DNA of 64,000 nt from an uncultured bacterium (GTDB lineage Bacteria > Patescibacteriota > Patescibacteriia > Magasanikbacterales > GWA2-37-8): assembly GCA_937903605.1 (NCBI GenBank), contig CALCZC010000025.1:131275-195274 (forward strand), written 5' to 3'. The translations under genes and the position numbers were made by a program. Shown here one piece after another: positions 46,256-54,777 of the stretch; the stretch's first letter is position 1, and every line of letters starts with the position of its first letter. Under the pieces are notes generated by a model that was given only the letters and a program-made list of their open reading frames with translations, searched no databases and was not told where the DNA came from.

Positions 46256-47653
46256 TTAAACCTTTCTAAATTTACTTTCGCGACATTTCAAATCACGTCC
46301 GCAATAACGAACACCTTCGGCACAGGCGCCGCTATGAAAACAAGGCGGAATCATTTTGGCAATAATTTTTTTTATGCCTTCTTTCGTGTGGTTGCTCTCT
46401 TTGTTTTTACTCAAAGACAATATGGCATCTCTGAGCAAAACATTGAGATTGTAGATTTCTTCCTGTGCTTGCCAACAGAATCTCTTTGCACTTTCATGAA
46501 GCCAAGCATTGAAAGTGCTAGTTTTCTTGTAAGTAACTACGGTACCATAAGGAGCGATAGCTGAAAACAGGCTTACAGGAATAGAATCTCTCAAGTCACA
46601 GTAGTATGAAAAAAAAGATTTAGCAATTTTTTCCATTCTGAGTTCCTGACATATCGGCGTAAGATAAAACTGTCCGGTAAATATAGGTTCGCCACGACGA
46701 ACCGTCCGGTGTCGCTGATCCTGTCCCATGGTTGTTAGAGAAATTCTAGCGCGATAAGAAATCATACCGATATTATTTTCCATTCTCTCCGGCAAAAAGT
46801 GAAGCTTGTCAACCGGATGCATATCCGTCTCTTCGGGAGATTTGAATTCCATCAAATCTTGAAAATTAACATCTTCTACTTTGGGATTAAGAACAAGTAT
46901 TTCTTTCGGTAAAATCAACGGCCAACGGCAAATCCAATCATCTTTACGTCGACGGTTATGGTCAAACATAAAGGCGATCTGGGGATATTTTTCTAAAATC
47001 CGTTCTTTCATCATTTCCGTAATCTTCCGCATTCCCGGCGACCAAGCCGATTCCCACAAAGAAACCAGGGTGACAAGATCAATGGTATGCACCAGGCCAG
47101 TGGGAAAAATTGTGGAAATAAATACCCGGAGTTGCTCCTGAGCGATTTTCGGCGCTCTATCAGCAATAACTTCTTCATTCAAATCAGGTCTTTCTTGACG
47201 AAAAAGTTTTGCGGTAGTCGCAATCGCTTCACTAATATGAGACGAGTAAATTTCTGTTCCGAGTTTTATAAAACCCAGAACATTTTCAACTTGTGTCGGA
47301 GTACACTCCGGCCACAAGGACAAGATGTGCGCGCGGATAGAGATATAATCGGGGTTGATAAACATTTTGGCACAATATCTGCCCGAACGCTGGTCCGAAT
47401 TGTAAAAGGGATGAGTCAAATGAAGACCCAGCGTCACATCACTTACCGGAATATCTTCCAAGAAAAAGGTGAAATTGGTGTGTTCCAATGTAGTGTGATG
47501 AGAAACGAAAAAAAGTTTGTTTTGAACGAATTTTTTCGCATTTTCTTCTTCATTAATCAAACCGGGCATTTCATCTTGATAACAAGTTTTACCGGAAAAT
47601 TCCGCCATTCCCAACGGTGGGTTGGAAGAAACACCTAACAACGTTACTTTCAT
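46256..47653 (-). CDS. Divergent ThyX-like (flavin-dependent thymidylate synthase family) protein, 465 aa, RHR motif not conserved
   Basis: SHHTTLEHTNFTF...HLTHPFYNSDQRSGRY aligns to ThyX GHETPFEHIVFTF...FRHRIASYNELSGRY. RHR is replaced by LTH/THP. There is a ~230-aa C-terminal extension with a Cys cluster. Confidence 0.55.
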   Translation of the reverse strand: MKVTLLGVSSNPPLGMAEFSGKTCYQDEMPGLINEEENAKKFVQNKLFFVSHHTTLEHTNFTFFLEDIPVSDVTLGLHLTHPFYNSDQRSGRYCAKMFINPDYISIRAHILSLWPECTPTQVENVLGFIKLGTEIYSSHISEAIATTAKLFRQERPDLNEEVIADRAPKIAQEQLRVFISTIFPTGLVHTIDLVTLVSLWESAWSPGMRKITEMMKERILEKYPQIAFMFDHNRRRKDDWICRWPLILPKEILVLNPKVEDVNFQDLMEFKSPEETDMHPVDKLHFLPERMENNIGMISYRARISLTTMGQDQRHRTVRRGEPIFTGQFYLTPICQELRMEKIAKSFFSYYCDLRDSIPVSLFSAIAPYGTVVTYKKTSTFNAWLHESAKRFCWQAQEEIYNLNVLLRDAILSLSKNKESNHTKEGIKKIIAKMIPPCFHSGACAEGVRYCGRDLKCRESKFRKV

Positions 47654-47827
47654 GACTTTTCTCCTATAGAAAGGTTATTTTGTAAAGTACAATAATCAAA
47701 AAGACTTTAACAGCTTACAAACAAAATGTCAAAGATATTTGGGCCCTTCTGATTGACAAGACAGCTTTTATTTGTTACTTTCAAAATGGTTATTTAATAA
47801 TTTTCCTATATTTATAAGGAGGATATT

Positions 47828-48043
47828 ATGAATTATCCGGAAAAAAAGATTTTGGATGAATTTGAAGATGGAGCTTATACCTACACCTTCACCTGTAAAA
47901 TTTGCGGTTCAAAATTTGATTTCAGAGCTGATAACATGCAAATAGCTGTTTTTCGCGGTTTCAAAAAACACGACAAAGAAAATCCGAACTGCCACAGCAA
48001 CAAATATCATCTTTCCGGCGCCGGAGCCGTGCAGGAAAATTAA
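47828..48043 (+). CDS. Small hypothetical protein with a C-x2-C...H...C-H motif
   Basis: Strong SD AAGGAGG and a terminator at 48048-48082. Confidence 0.4.
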   Translation: MNYPEKKILDEFEDGAYTYTFTCKICGSKFDFRADNMQIAVFRGFKKHDKENPNCHSNKYHLSGAGAVQEN

Positions 48044-48085
48044 AATCAAAACCGACCCTTTTTACAGGCCGGTTTTTTATTTTTT

Positions 48086-48232
48086 AGACTCTCCACTAAC
48101 CCCTCTCTTATTAAGAGAGGGTGTTTTCTCCCACTCCCTCCCAACCTCCCTCTTCCGCCAAAGGCGGACAGGCTGGGCAGAGGGAGGAGTTTTCCCCTCC
48201 TTTTATTTAAGAGGAGGGATAGGGTGGAGTCT
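48086..48232. repeat. Family A modular hairpin repeat, copy A2 (modules X+Y+Z)
   Basis: X = ACTAACCCCTCTCTTATTAAGAGAGGG. Y = TCTCCCACTCCCTCCCAACCTCCCTCT...GCAGAGGGAGG. Z = CTCCTTTTATTTAAGAGGAGGGATAGGGTGGAGTCT. It lies between convergent genes. Confidence 0.6.
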
Positions 48233-49023
48233 TAATTTCTTCTAAAAAATTCGTATAGAAATATACTGGCAGCGCAAGCGGCGTTGAGCGATTCTATCTT
48301 TTCACTGGTTTTGATACAAACATTGGCATGAGATAATGCCAAAATTTCATCATCTATCCCACGGGCTTCACTGCCGATAACTATACAGTAATCCCCTGTT
48401 TTTTTGAAAACTTCGGACAACTCAGTATTATTTTGCGAAACAGTCGCGCAGACTATGGTGGTTTGTTTTTGTAACTGTTTTATAATTTCCCTATTTTTAT
48501 CTTTAAAAATTTTGACTTTGAAAATGGCATCTTTGGTGGCGGAAATAGTTTTGGGACTAAACGGATCGGCACATTTTTCATCTACCACGATATTTTCTAT
48601 TCCGAAACTCACGGCCGAACGGATAATCGTGCCGACATTTCCCGGATCGTTCAAACCGTTGAGATAAATAACACTGCCTTTGATTTTTTCACTCATTGTC
48701 GGCAGAGGGTAAACAGCGGCCAAGCCGGACGGAGTTTCCAGAGAGCTAAAATGTTTGTTCATAGGCGCGCTAATCTGAAAAACCGGAATATTTTGTTTGG
48801 TTTTTTGCAAAAACTTTTCCAGTTCACCTTGTTTATCAGACAGAAATTCCTCAGTCACATAAATTTCTTGCGGATAAAAACCACTTTTGAAAGCATCAAA
48901 AACAGTATTATGATTTTCAACCAAAAATAAACCGGATTGAATACGATATTTGTTCAATTCCAGTTTTTTCAATTCTTTGATTTTCGAACTGTTTTTTCCC
49001 AAATTTATAATATTCATAACCAA
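48232..49023 (-). CDS. TrmH/SpoU-family RNA 2'-O-methyltransferase (RlmB-like)
   Basis: SPOUT motifs LNDPGNVGTIIRSAVSFG and IVIGSEARGI. Confidence 0.8.
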   Translation of the reverse strand: MVMNIINLGKNSSKIKELKKLELNKYRIQSGLFLVENHNTVFDAFKSGFYPQEIYVTEEFLSDKQGELEKFLQKTKQNIPVFQISAPMNKHFSSLETPSGLAAVYPLPTMSEKIKGSVIYLNGLNDPGNVGTIIRSAVSFGIENIVVDEKCADPFSPKTISATKDAIFKVKIFKDKNREIIKQLQKQTTIVCATVSQNNTELSEVFKKTGDYCIVIGSEARGIDDEILALSHANVCIKTSEKIESLNAACAASIFLYEFFRRN

Positions 49024-49024
49024 C

Positions 49025-49489
49025 TTATTTTAATACTTCACCAACATAATAAGTGACAATAATTACAATAGTGGCGATAGTCAAATGTTCAAAAATTACC
49101 CCTACAGGATTGACATTCTTTTGCTTGGCAATATAGTAATTGAAGGTAACAAGTAAAAAAATACCCCAAAGTATACAAGCGACAACCGCAATATTTAAAG
49201 GTAAAAATAAAATCGGTAGAACAAAAGATAACGCAATAAAAAACTTTGATAAGAAAGTAGCTAAGGTGGATTCCCAAATTTCTTTTTCCGTATTACTTTT
49301 TTCCGATTCTTGCGAGACATGAATTCCCAGAGCATCCGACATGGCATCTGCTATTGCGATCACCAAAATACCGCTGATAATAACTACACTGGAGTGTGTG
49401 TTGGAAAAAAGACCGACGATTAAGCCCAGAGTAGTGATAATCCCGGAAGTCAACCCAAAACTAACCCCTTTTTTAACGGATAATTTCAT
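49025..49489 (-). CDS. VIT1/CCC1-family (DUF125) membrane protein, short form
   Basis: GVSFGLTSGIITTLGLIVG-type helix and four TMs. Confidence 0.4.
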   Translation of the reverse strand: MKLSVKKGVSFGLTSGIITTLGLIVGLFSNTHSSVVIISGILVIAIADAMSDALGIHVSQESEKSNTEKEIWESTLATFLSKFFIALSFVLPILFLPLNIAVVACILWGIFLLVTFNYYIAKQKNVNPVGVIFEHLTIATIVIIVTYYVGEVLK

Positions 49490-49509
49490 AAAATTTTAAA
49501 AAATATAAA

Positions 49510-49719
49510 TTATTTTTTCTTGTTCGTGTTAATACCAAAAAGCACATAAACACCGCAAAATCCGGTGATCGCAGTAAAAAGCAAAATTATGCTTACCACA
49601 TATAAAAACCAAGCCATCAAACCGACAAACGAAGTATAGGCCCAAAAAAATACACCAACTGAAGCCAGAAAACGAATAACTCTATCTAGAGTTCCTTCGT
49701 TTTGTTGAAATTTAAACAT
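49510..49719 (-). CDS. DUF2892 (YgaP-like) small membrane protein
   Basis: Two TMs with the GFCGVYVLFGINT pattern. Confidence 0.45.
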   Translation of the reverse strand: MFKFQQNEGTLDRVIRFLASVGVFFWAYTSFVGLMAWFLYVVSIILLFTAITGFCGVYVLFGINTNKKK

Positions 49720-49733
49720 ATATGTTAAATTAT

Positions 49734-49815
49734 TCTCTCCTTTTATTTAAGAGGAGGGATGGGTGGAGTCTCTCCCACTCCCTCCCAACCTCCCTCTCAG
49801 GCAGAGGGAGGGGTT
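49734..49815. repeat. Family A modular hairpin repeat, copy A3 (modules Z+Y, permuted order)
   Basis: It fills the whole spacer between the stop of the upstream gene and the start of the downstream gene on the minus strand. Confidence 0.55.
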
Positions 49816-49816
49816 A

Positions 49817-50236
49817 TTAAATTTTTTTTAAAAGATCAACCAAAGACAATTTAACAAAATTACCATTATAAGTTTTCAATGTTTTTTCCCATTTTTTTGG
49901 AAGTAATTTTTGCAATTCCGGCATAATAGTCCCCGGAGCAAATAGATAAGCGACTTTGGCACTACTGACATTTTTGAGATTGGATTTAAAAGCGGTAAAA
50001 GATTCTTTTTGTAAAAAGTTTTTCATAGCCCCCGCCTTATCTCCGGACTGAAAAAACACATTACCGTATTTACCAGTCTGTTCCCTGTCGGAAAATTTGG
50101 ACTTTTCTACTACAAAACCGGACACTTTGTTTATTACTCCTTTATCAGCCAAATAAAAATCCGCATTTAAATTTCCCGCCACGATAATCGCCACGCTGTT
50201 TTTCTCAAATTGAGGTAAGTTTTTTGGTATTTTCAT
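49817..50236 (-). CDS. Hypothetical protein. The true start is probably MKIPKN; the ORF-track N-terminus NFCNLCNFCNFCNL is translated tandem-repeat DNA.
   Basis: The 9-bp tandem repeats at 50254-50289 lie upstream of the internal Met. No family assignment. Confidence 0.4.
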   Translation of the reverse strand: MKIPKNLPQFEKNSVAIIVAGNLNADFYLADKGVINKVSGFVVEKSKFSDREQTGKYGNVFFQSGDKAGAMKNFLQKESFTAFKSNLKNVSSAKVAYLFAPGTIMPELQKLLPKKWEKTLKTYNGNFVKLSLVDLLKKI

Positions 50237-50253
50237 AGAAGCTATGAATAGAT

Positions 50254-50289
50254 TACAAAAATTGCAGAAATTGCAAAGATTGCAAAAAT
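50254..50289. repeat. Tandem 9-bp repeat (ATTGCARAR) x ~4 in the short spacer between two minus-strand genes
   Basis: ATTACAAAA ATTGCAGAA ATTGCAAAG ATTGCAAAA. Confidence 0.6.
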
Positions 50290-50300
50290 TAATAAAATAT

Positions 50301-50681
50301 TTATCTTTTATGTTCAAAATTTTTAATTAAATAGCTGCGAAAATGTGAAAGGTGTGAAGAAATATTATGTAATTCTTTTAATAATTCTTCAGCCTCTTTT
50401 TTGTTAATATAATCATTATCAAGCAAAATATAAACTATTGTTCTTACTTCACCAGCCGATCCTTTGGCTATATTTATAAAATTTGCAAATTCTTTATTAG
50501 ATGATCTTTCAAAACCTTCAGCAATATTTAACGGAACTGAATATGTTGCCCGCTTTAACTGATCACAAAGAGAAAAATCTCTCTTTAATCTTACGTTTTT
50601 ATCAATAAGCTTATAAATGTCTGAAACAAATTTTCTTGAAATTTGCCATACTGGAATATCCTCAAATTTTTTATAATACAT
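50301..50681 (-). CDS. Four-helix-bundle protein (23S rRNA intervening-sequence protein family, TIGR02436-like)
   Basis: NIAEGFERSSNKEFANFINIAKGSAGEV core pattern. Confidence 0.65.
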   Translation of the reverse strand: MYYKKFEDIPVWQISRKFVSDIYKLIDKNVRLKRDFSLCDQLKRATYSVPLNIAEGFERSSNKEFANFINIAKGSAGEVRTIVYILLDNDYINKKEAEELLKELHNISSHLSHFRSYLIKNFEHKR

Positions 50682-50744
50682 ACCTCCTTTTATTTAATTT
50701 CTGTTATTTTTGTAATATTTGTTATTTTTGTAATCTCTTTGGTC

Positions 50745-51701
50745 TTACCCTCTGTAAATCAAGAAACTAATATACGCAACATACATCACTATAAAAGCAA
50801 CACCCTGCCAACGATCCAATCTTTTCTTGGTGCCGATAAACAAAAATAGAAATAATATCAAAGTGGCAATAATCTCAGCCAAAATATCAAAATTCATTCC
50901 TGAATTAAACGGCAAAGGTTTAATAGTAGAAGTAAGTCCTAAAATCCAAAAAATGTTGAAGATATTGGACCCGACGATATTACCCACGGCAATATCCGCT
51001 TGTTTGCGATAAGCGGCTACTGCAGAAGTTACAAGTTCAGGAAGAGATGTCCCGACCGCCACAATAGTCAAACCGATAAGCGCTTCGCTCATCCCGGCTA
51101 AACGCGCCAAAATAATAGCGTTATCCACTAAAATTTTACCGCCTAAAAATAACAAACCTATACCTGCTAAGAGAAAAATAATTGATCTGGCCCAAGTAAA
51201 AACTTGGACTTCTTCTTGTTCAACTGCTCCGTTTTTGGCTAAATTGAAAACATAATAAAGAAAAATAATAAATACCGCAATTAAAGCCAAACCATCCGTA
51301 CGAGTCAAAATATTTTCTCCCAAACCATCAAAGAAAATATCATTTCCCATAAACAAAATCATCCAACCGGCTAGGATAGCAAACGGGATTTCTTTCCAAG
51401 TCGTGCTTTCTTTGACTAAAAGCGGACAAATGAGGGCTGAAACTCCCAAAATCAAAAAAATATTTGAAATATTACTTCCAATAATATTACCTACCGCCAA
51501 ATCTGTCGCGCCTTTGAAAGCTGAAAAAATATTTACCACCAGCTCCGGCATAGATGTGCCAAAAGCAACCACAGTCAAACCAACGACTAATGTAGAGACT
51601 CCCCACTTTTTGGCCAACGATGCTGCACCTTTTACCAAATATTCACCGCCAAAAACTAACATTACCAAACCTATTATGAGTAAAAATATTGCCATGAACA
51701 T
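50745..51701 (-). CDS. Ca2+/Na+ antiporter (CaCA family, YrbG-like)
   Basis: Two alpha-repeats, GNIIGSNISNIFLILG and GNIVGSNIFNIFWILG. Confidence 0.85.
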   Translation of the reverse strand: MFMAIFLLIIGLVMLVFGGEYLVKGAASLAKKWGVSTLVVGLTVVAFGTSMPELVVNIFSAFKGATDLAVGNIIGSNISNIFLILGVSALICPLLVKESTTWKEIPFAILAGWMILFMGNDIFFDGLGENILTRTDGLALIAVFIIFLYYVFNLAKNGAVEQEEVQVFTWARSIIFLLAGIGLLFLGGKILVDNAIILARLAGMSEALIGLTIVAVGTSLPELVTSAVAAYRKQADIAVGNIVGSNIFNIFWILGLTSTIKPLPFNSGMNFDILAEIIATLILFLFLFIGTKKRLDRWQGVAFIVMYVAYISFLIYRG

Positions 51702-51819
51702 ACGATAAGTTAAAAATTTAAAAAATAAAGATAATGGATATTGAATACTGGATATTAACCCGATGATATTTTTAATCCGCCTTCGCCCTCTGGGCTACGG
51801 ACGGACAAATATTCAATAT

Positions 51820-53064
51820 TTAATATTCAATATTAGCAATTTGGCTTCCCGCCAAATTGCCTGTACTCCAACAAACCTGCAAATTATAACCACCAGTTGG
51901 ACCATCAATATCCAAAATCTCTCCGACTAAATATAGATTTTCAATAATTTTGGAACGCATAGTTTGCGGATCAATTTCTTTGAGGTCAACCCCACCAGCG
52001 GTAATAATAGCTTTATCGAAACTATCCAGCGCTTTGATTTCCAGAGTAAAGCTTTTTAATAACTTGAGTAAATTTTTTCTTTCTTCACGCGAAATTGTGT
52101 TTACTTTTTTATCCGCTTGAATTCCTGATAATTTTACCATAACCGGGATTAATTTTGAAGGGCAAAGTTCAGCGAGATAATTTCTAAATATTTTAGCGCC
52201 AAACTCTTTGAAATCTTTTTGTAAACGATCGTCCAATTTTTTATCATCAAGTGCGGGTTTAAAATCAATTTTCAAATTTACATCTCCAGGCAACAACTCA
52301 CCTGCTGTTTTGCTCAAATCCAAAATTATCGGTCCGCTAAGCCCGTTGTCGGTAAATATCGCTTCACCAAATTCAGACTTTATTTTTTTATTGTTTTTAT
52401 AAATACCTATTTCTACATTTTTTAAACTCAAACCTTCCAATTCTTTTATCCATTTTTCTTTGACAATTATCGGTACCAACGCTGGACGGGGTGCAACAAC
52501 ATGATGACCAAGTTTTTGCAACCAACTATATCCATCTCCGGTAGAGCCAGTCATGGGGTATGATTTACCACCTGTGGCTATGATAAAATTATCAGCCACC
52601 AACTCTTGCCCATCGGATAAAACTATTTTTTCTATTTTCTTTCCTTTTTTGACAATATCTTTAACTTGCGCCTTGGTTTTTATTTCTACTTTGGATTCTT
52701 TTAGAAACTTTTTCAAAGCATTTAACACATCGATAGCTCTATCACTTTGTGGAAAAACTCTATTTCCTCTTTCTACTTTTACCCCTACACCATAATTTTC
52801 AAAAAAAGACATGGTATCCTCTACGTCAAATTTATTAAAAGCAGAAAAAAGAAATTTACCATTTACCCCATACTGCTTAACTAGTTCAGAAACTTTCAAA
52901 GTATGGTTGGTGATATTACATCTCCCCTTACCGGTAATCAATAATTTTGCTCCGAGGTTATGGTTTTTTTCAATCAAAAGAACACGGGCGCCATTTTGCC
53001 CCGCAATCCCAGCGGTCATCATACCTGATGGTCCTCCACCTATAACTATAATATCGTATTTCAT
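51820..53064 (-). CDS. FAD-dependent oxidoreductase, HI0933/aminoacetone-oxidase-like family
   Basis: N-terminal DIIVIGGGPSGMMTA dinucleotide-binding motif and family-typical length. Confidence 0.8.
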   Translation of the reverse strand: MKYDIIVIGGGPSGMMTAGIAGQNGARVLLIEKNHNLGAKLLITGKGRCNITNHTLKVSELVKQYGVNGKFLFSAFNKFDVEDTMSFFENYGVGVKVERGNRVFPQSDRAIDVLNALKKFLKESKVEIKTKAQVKDIVKKGKKIEKIVLSDGQELVADNFIIATGGKSYPMTGSTGDGYSWLQKLGHHVVAPRPALVPIIVKEKWIKELEGLSLKNVEIGIYKNNKKIKSEFGEAIFTDNGLSGPIILDLSKTAGELLPGDVNLKIDFKPALDDKKLDDRLQKDFKEFGAKIFRNYLAELCPSKLIPVMVKLSGIQADKKVNTISREERKNLLKLLKSFTLEIKALDSFDKAIITAGGVDLKEIDPQTMRSKIIENLYLVGEILDIDGPTGGYNLQVCWSTGNLAGSQIANIEY

Positions 53065-53123
53065 AGGAGTATTATACCAAAAAAATTATAAAATTTAAAG
53101 ATAAAAACCAATAAATCGGAATC

Positions 53124-53210
53124 TGTCATCCCCGCGAAGGCGGGGATCCAGGAAATGTTATAATTAACCACTGGATTCCCTCCGCCAGCTGGCGGATTGA
53201 CGGGAATGAT
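53124..53210. repeat. Inverted pair of family C REP-like hairpins (BIME-like)
   Basis: TGTCATCCCCGCGAAGGCGGGGATCCAGG and inverted CTGGATTCCCTCCGCCAGCTGGCGGATTGACGGGAATGAT. Confidence 0.55.
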
Positions 53211-53269
53211 AATAATAACAAAAAACCACCCTTACGAGTGGTTTTTATTATTTTTAAACAAATCTGAAA

Positions 53270-53470
53270 TTAAGCAAGTGTTACATTGATAGCGCGAGGA
53301 CCCTTATCGGATTCTTCGGTATCAAAACTAACTGCATCGCCAGCTTTCAAATCAGTGAAATTAACACCATTAAGAGCGGATTCGTGAAAGAAAATATCTT
53401 TCGCGCCACCTTCTGGAGTAATAAAACCGAAATGTTTATCAGCAATCAAGGTTTTAATTGTACCTGTCAT
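53270..53470 (-). CDS. cspA: Cold-shock protein (CspA family)
   Basis: GTIKTLIADKHFGFITPEGGAKDIFFH RNP motifs. A long AT-rich 5' UTR and a terminator at 53228-53258. Confidence 0.9.
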   Translation of the reverse strand: MTGTIKTLIADKHFGFITPEGGAKDIFFHESALNGVNFTDLKAGDAVSFDTEESDKGPRAINVTLA

Positions 53471-53662
53471 AGTGATAGAAATAAAGTGAATAGTTTACAA
53501 AACTTAGGCCGTTGTAAAGAAATTCGACTGTATTTCTACTACGGGATTTTGTGACTACAGTATAGCATATTTTGGCCATTTTGTCAAGTTGCAAATCTTT
53601 TTTATAAAAATAAAATCCGCCTGCAAAAAAGCAAACGGATATAAAATAATGAACATACTGTT

Positions 53663-54382
53663 CTATTCCATTTCTGTACCTGAACCAAGAATCAAAAAAA
53701 GATGATAGAATATTTTGGCAATAACATAAATAATCATCGCCAAAATCCAAACAAAGAAAAAACCTGTAGCCAACATCGCATTATTCAAATTCCTTGGAAT
53801 TCTATGGGCTTGATAAAATACTCCTCCGATAAGAAACGCCAAAATAAAGACGACCACCCATCGAAAAACAAAAAATTCAAAAAAAATATCGGGTTCTGTA
53901 AAGAAAATCGCGGCTGAAACCACAAACCCTAAAACACTCACGATAACGGTTGATCTCCAAGATTCATACAATTTGGGATACACGGCTCCAATGGTGGTAA
54001 AAACAAGGGTAATCAAAAGTGCATTAATAAATATATCCCTAAAAATTGGAGTGTAATAAACCACAAATCCGAAAAACATTGAGGACAAGAAGTAGCCAAA
54101 AATAGGTAATTTCTTTTGCCACCACAATAAATTTTCTTCCATACCGAGAAACATAAATTTTGCAGCAATCCATGGTGAAACAAGCGCTAAAAGCAAAGGT
54201 CCCAATTTAACAGAACTAATTTCTAATAAATCCGAAGGAAAAGCATTACTAGGGTATACAATAACTATCCAAAGAAACAAGAAAAATAATCCCAGAATTA
54301 AATAAAACATCCTCCTGTTCATTTCTGATTTTTCGCTGTTTTGCTTAAAAAATCCTTCTTTGTAGTAACTAAAGGTTTTCAT
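53663..54382 (-). CDS. Hypothetical polytopic membrane protein
   Basis: Seven to eight predicted TMs. No motif recognized. Confidence 0.4.
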   Translation of the reverse strand: MKTFSYYKEGFFKQNSEKSEMNRRMFYLILGLFFLFLWIVIVYPSNAFPSDLLEISSVKLGPLLLALVSPWIAAKFMFLGMEENLLWWQKKLPIFGYFLSSMFFGFVVYYTPIFRDIFINALLITLVFTTIGAVYPKLYESWRSTVIVSVLGFVVSAAIFFTEPDIFFEFFVFRWVVVFILAFLIGGVFYQAHRIPRNLNNAMLATGFFFVWILAMIIYVIAKIFYHLFLILGSGTEME

Positions 54383-54478
54383 TGGTTATACCTCTCGTAT
54401 GTAGTTAATAAAAAGAACACACTTGTAAGATACCAACTAATTATTAAATAGTCAAAAAAGTTAGTTTTGCTGGCTAAT

Positions 54479-54507
54479 TATTGACAAAAGTCCGAAATTG
54501 CGCTATT
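54479..54507 (+). promoter_or_regulatory. Consensus-like sigma70 promoter (TTGACA-17-TATTAT) for the Cys-rich gene pair
   Basis: TTGACAAAAGTCCGAAATTGCGCTATTAT. It shares TTGACAAAAGT...GC-TATWAT with the promoter at 42182. Confidence 0.5.
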
Positions 54508-54558
54508 ATACGATGATTGTTCATTTTATAAACCACTAACGCAAATGGGAGGTGCGTT

Positions 54559-54756
54559 ATGGAAAACATTCCTAAAAAAGAAGATGACCGTTGTACCTGT
54601 CCGGCCAAGCATTCTTTGACCTGTTGTTGTATTTCTCTGCCTGGTCAAGGAAAGATGCTTTCTCCGTACTGTCCGGTATGCAACGAACGTCCGATGCCTT
54701 CTCCGGATTGTCCGTTGCATGGCGGACTTGCCTGCTATCCCAAAGATATCAATTAA
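54559..54756 (+). CDS. Metallothionein-like small Cys-rich protein (65 aa, 9 Cys, 2 His)
   Basis: SD GGGAGGTG. CTCP...CCC...CPVCNERPMPSPDCPLH. GC-rich. Confidence 0.5.
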   Translation: MENIPKKEDDRCTCPAKHSLTCCCISLPGQGKMLSPYCPVCNERPMPSPDCPLHGGLACYPKDIN

Positions 54757-54777
54757 CATTCATAAAGGAGGTACTTC

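Noticed and set aside
49817-50317. N-terminal 27 residues (NFCNLCNFCNFCNL) of the ORF-track protein
   Set aside because: They are the translation of a 9-bp tandem DNA repeat. The start was moved to the internal Met at 50236.
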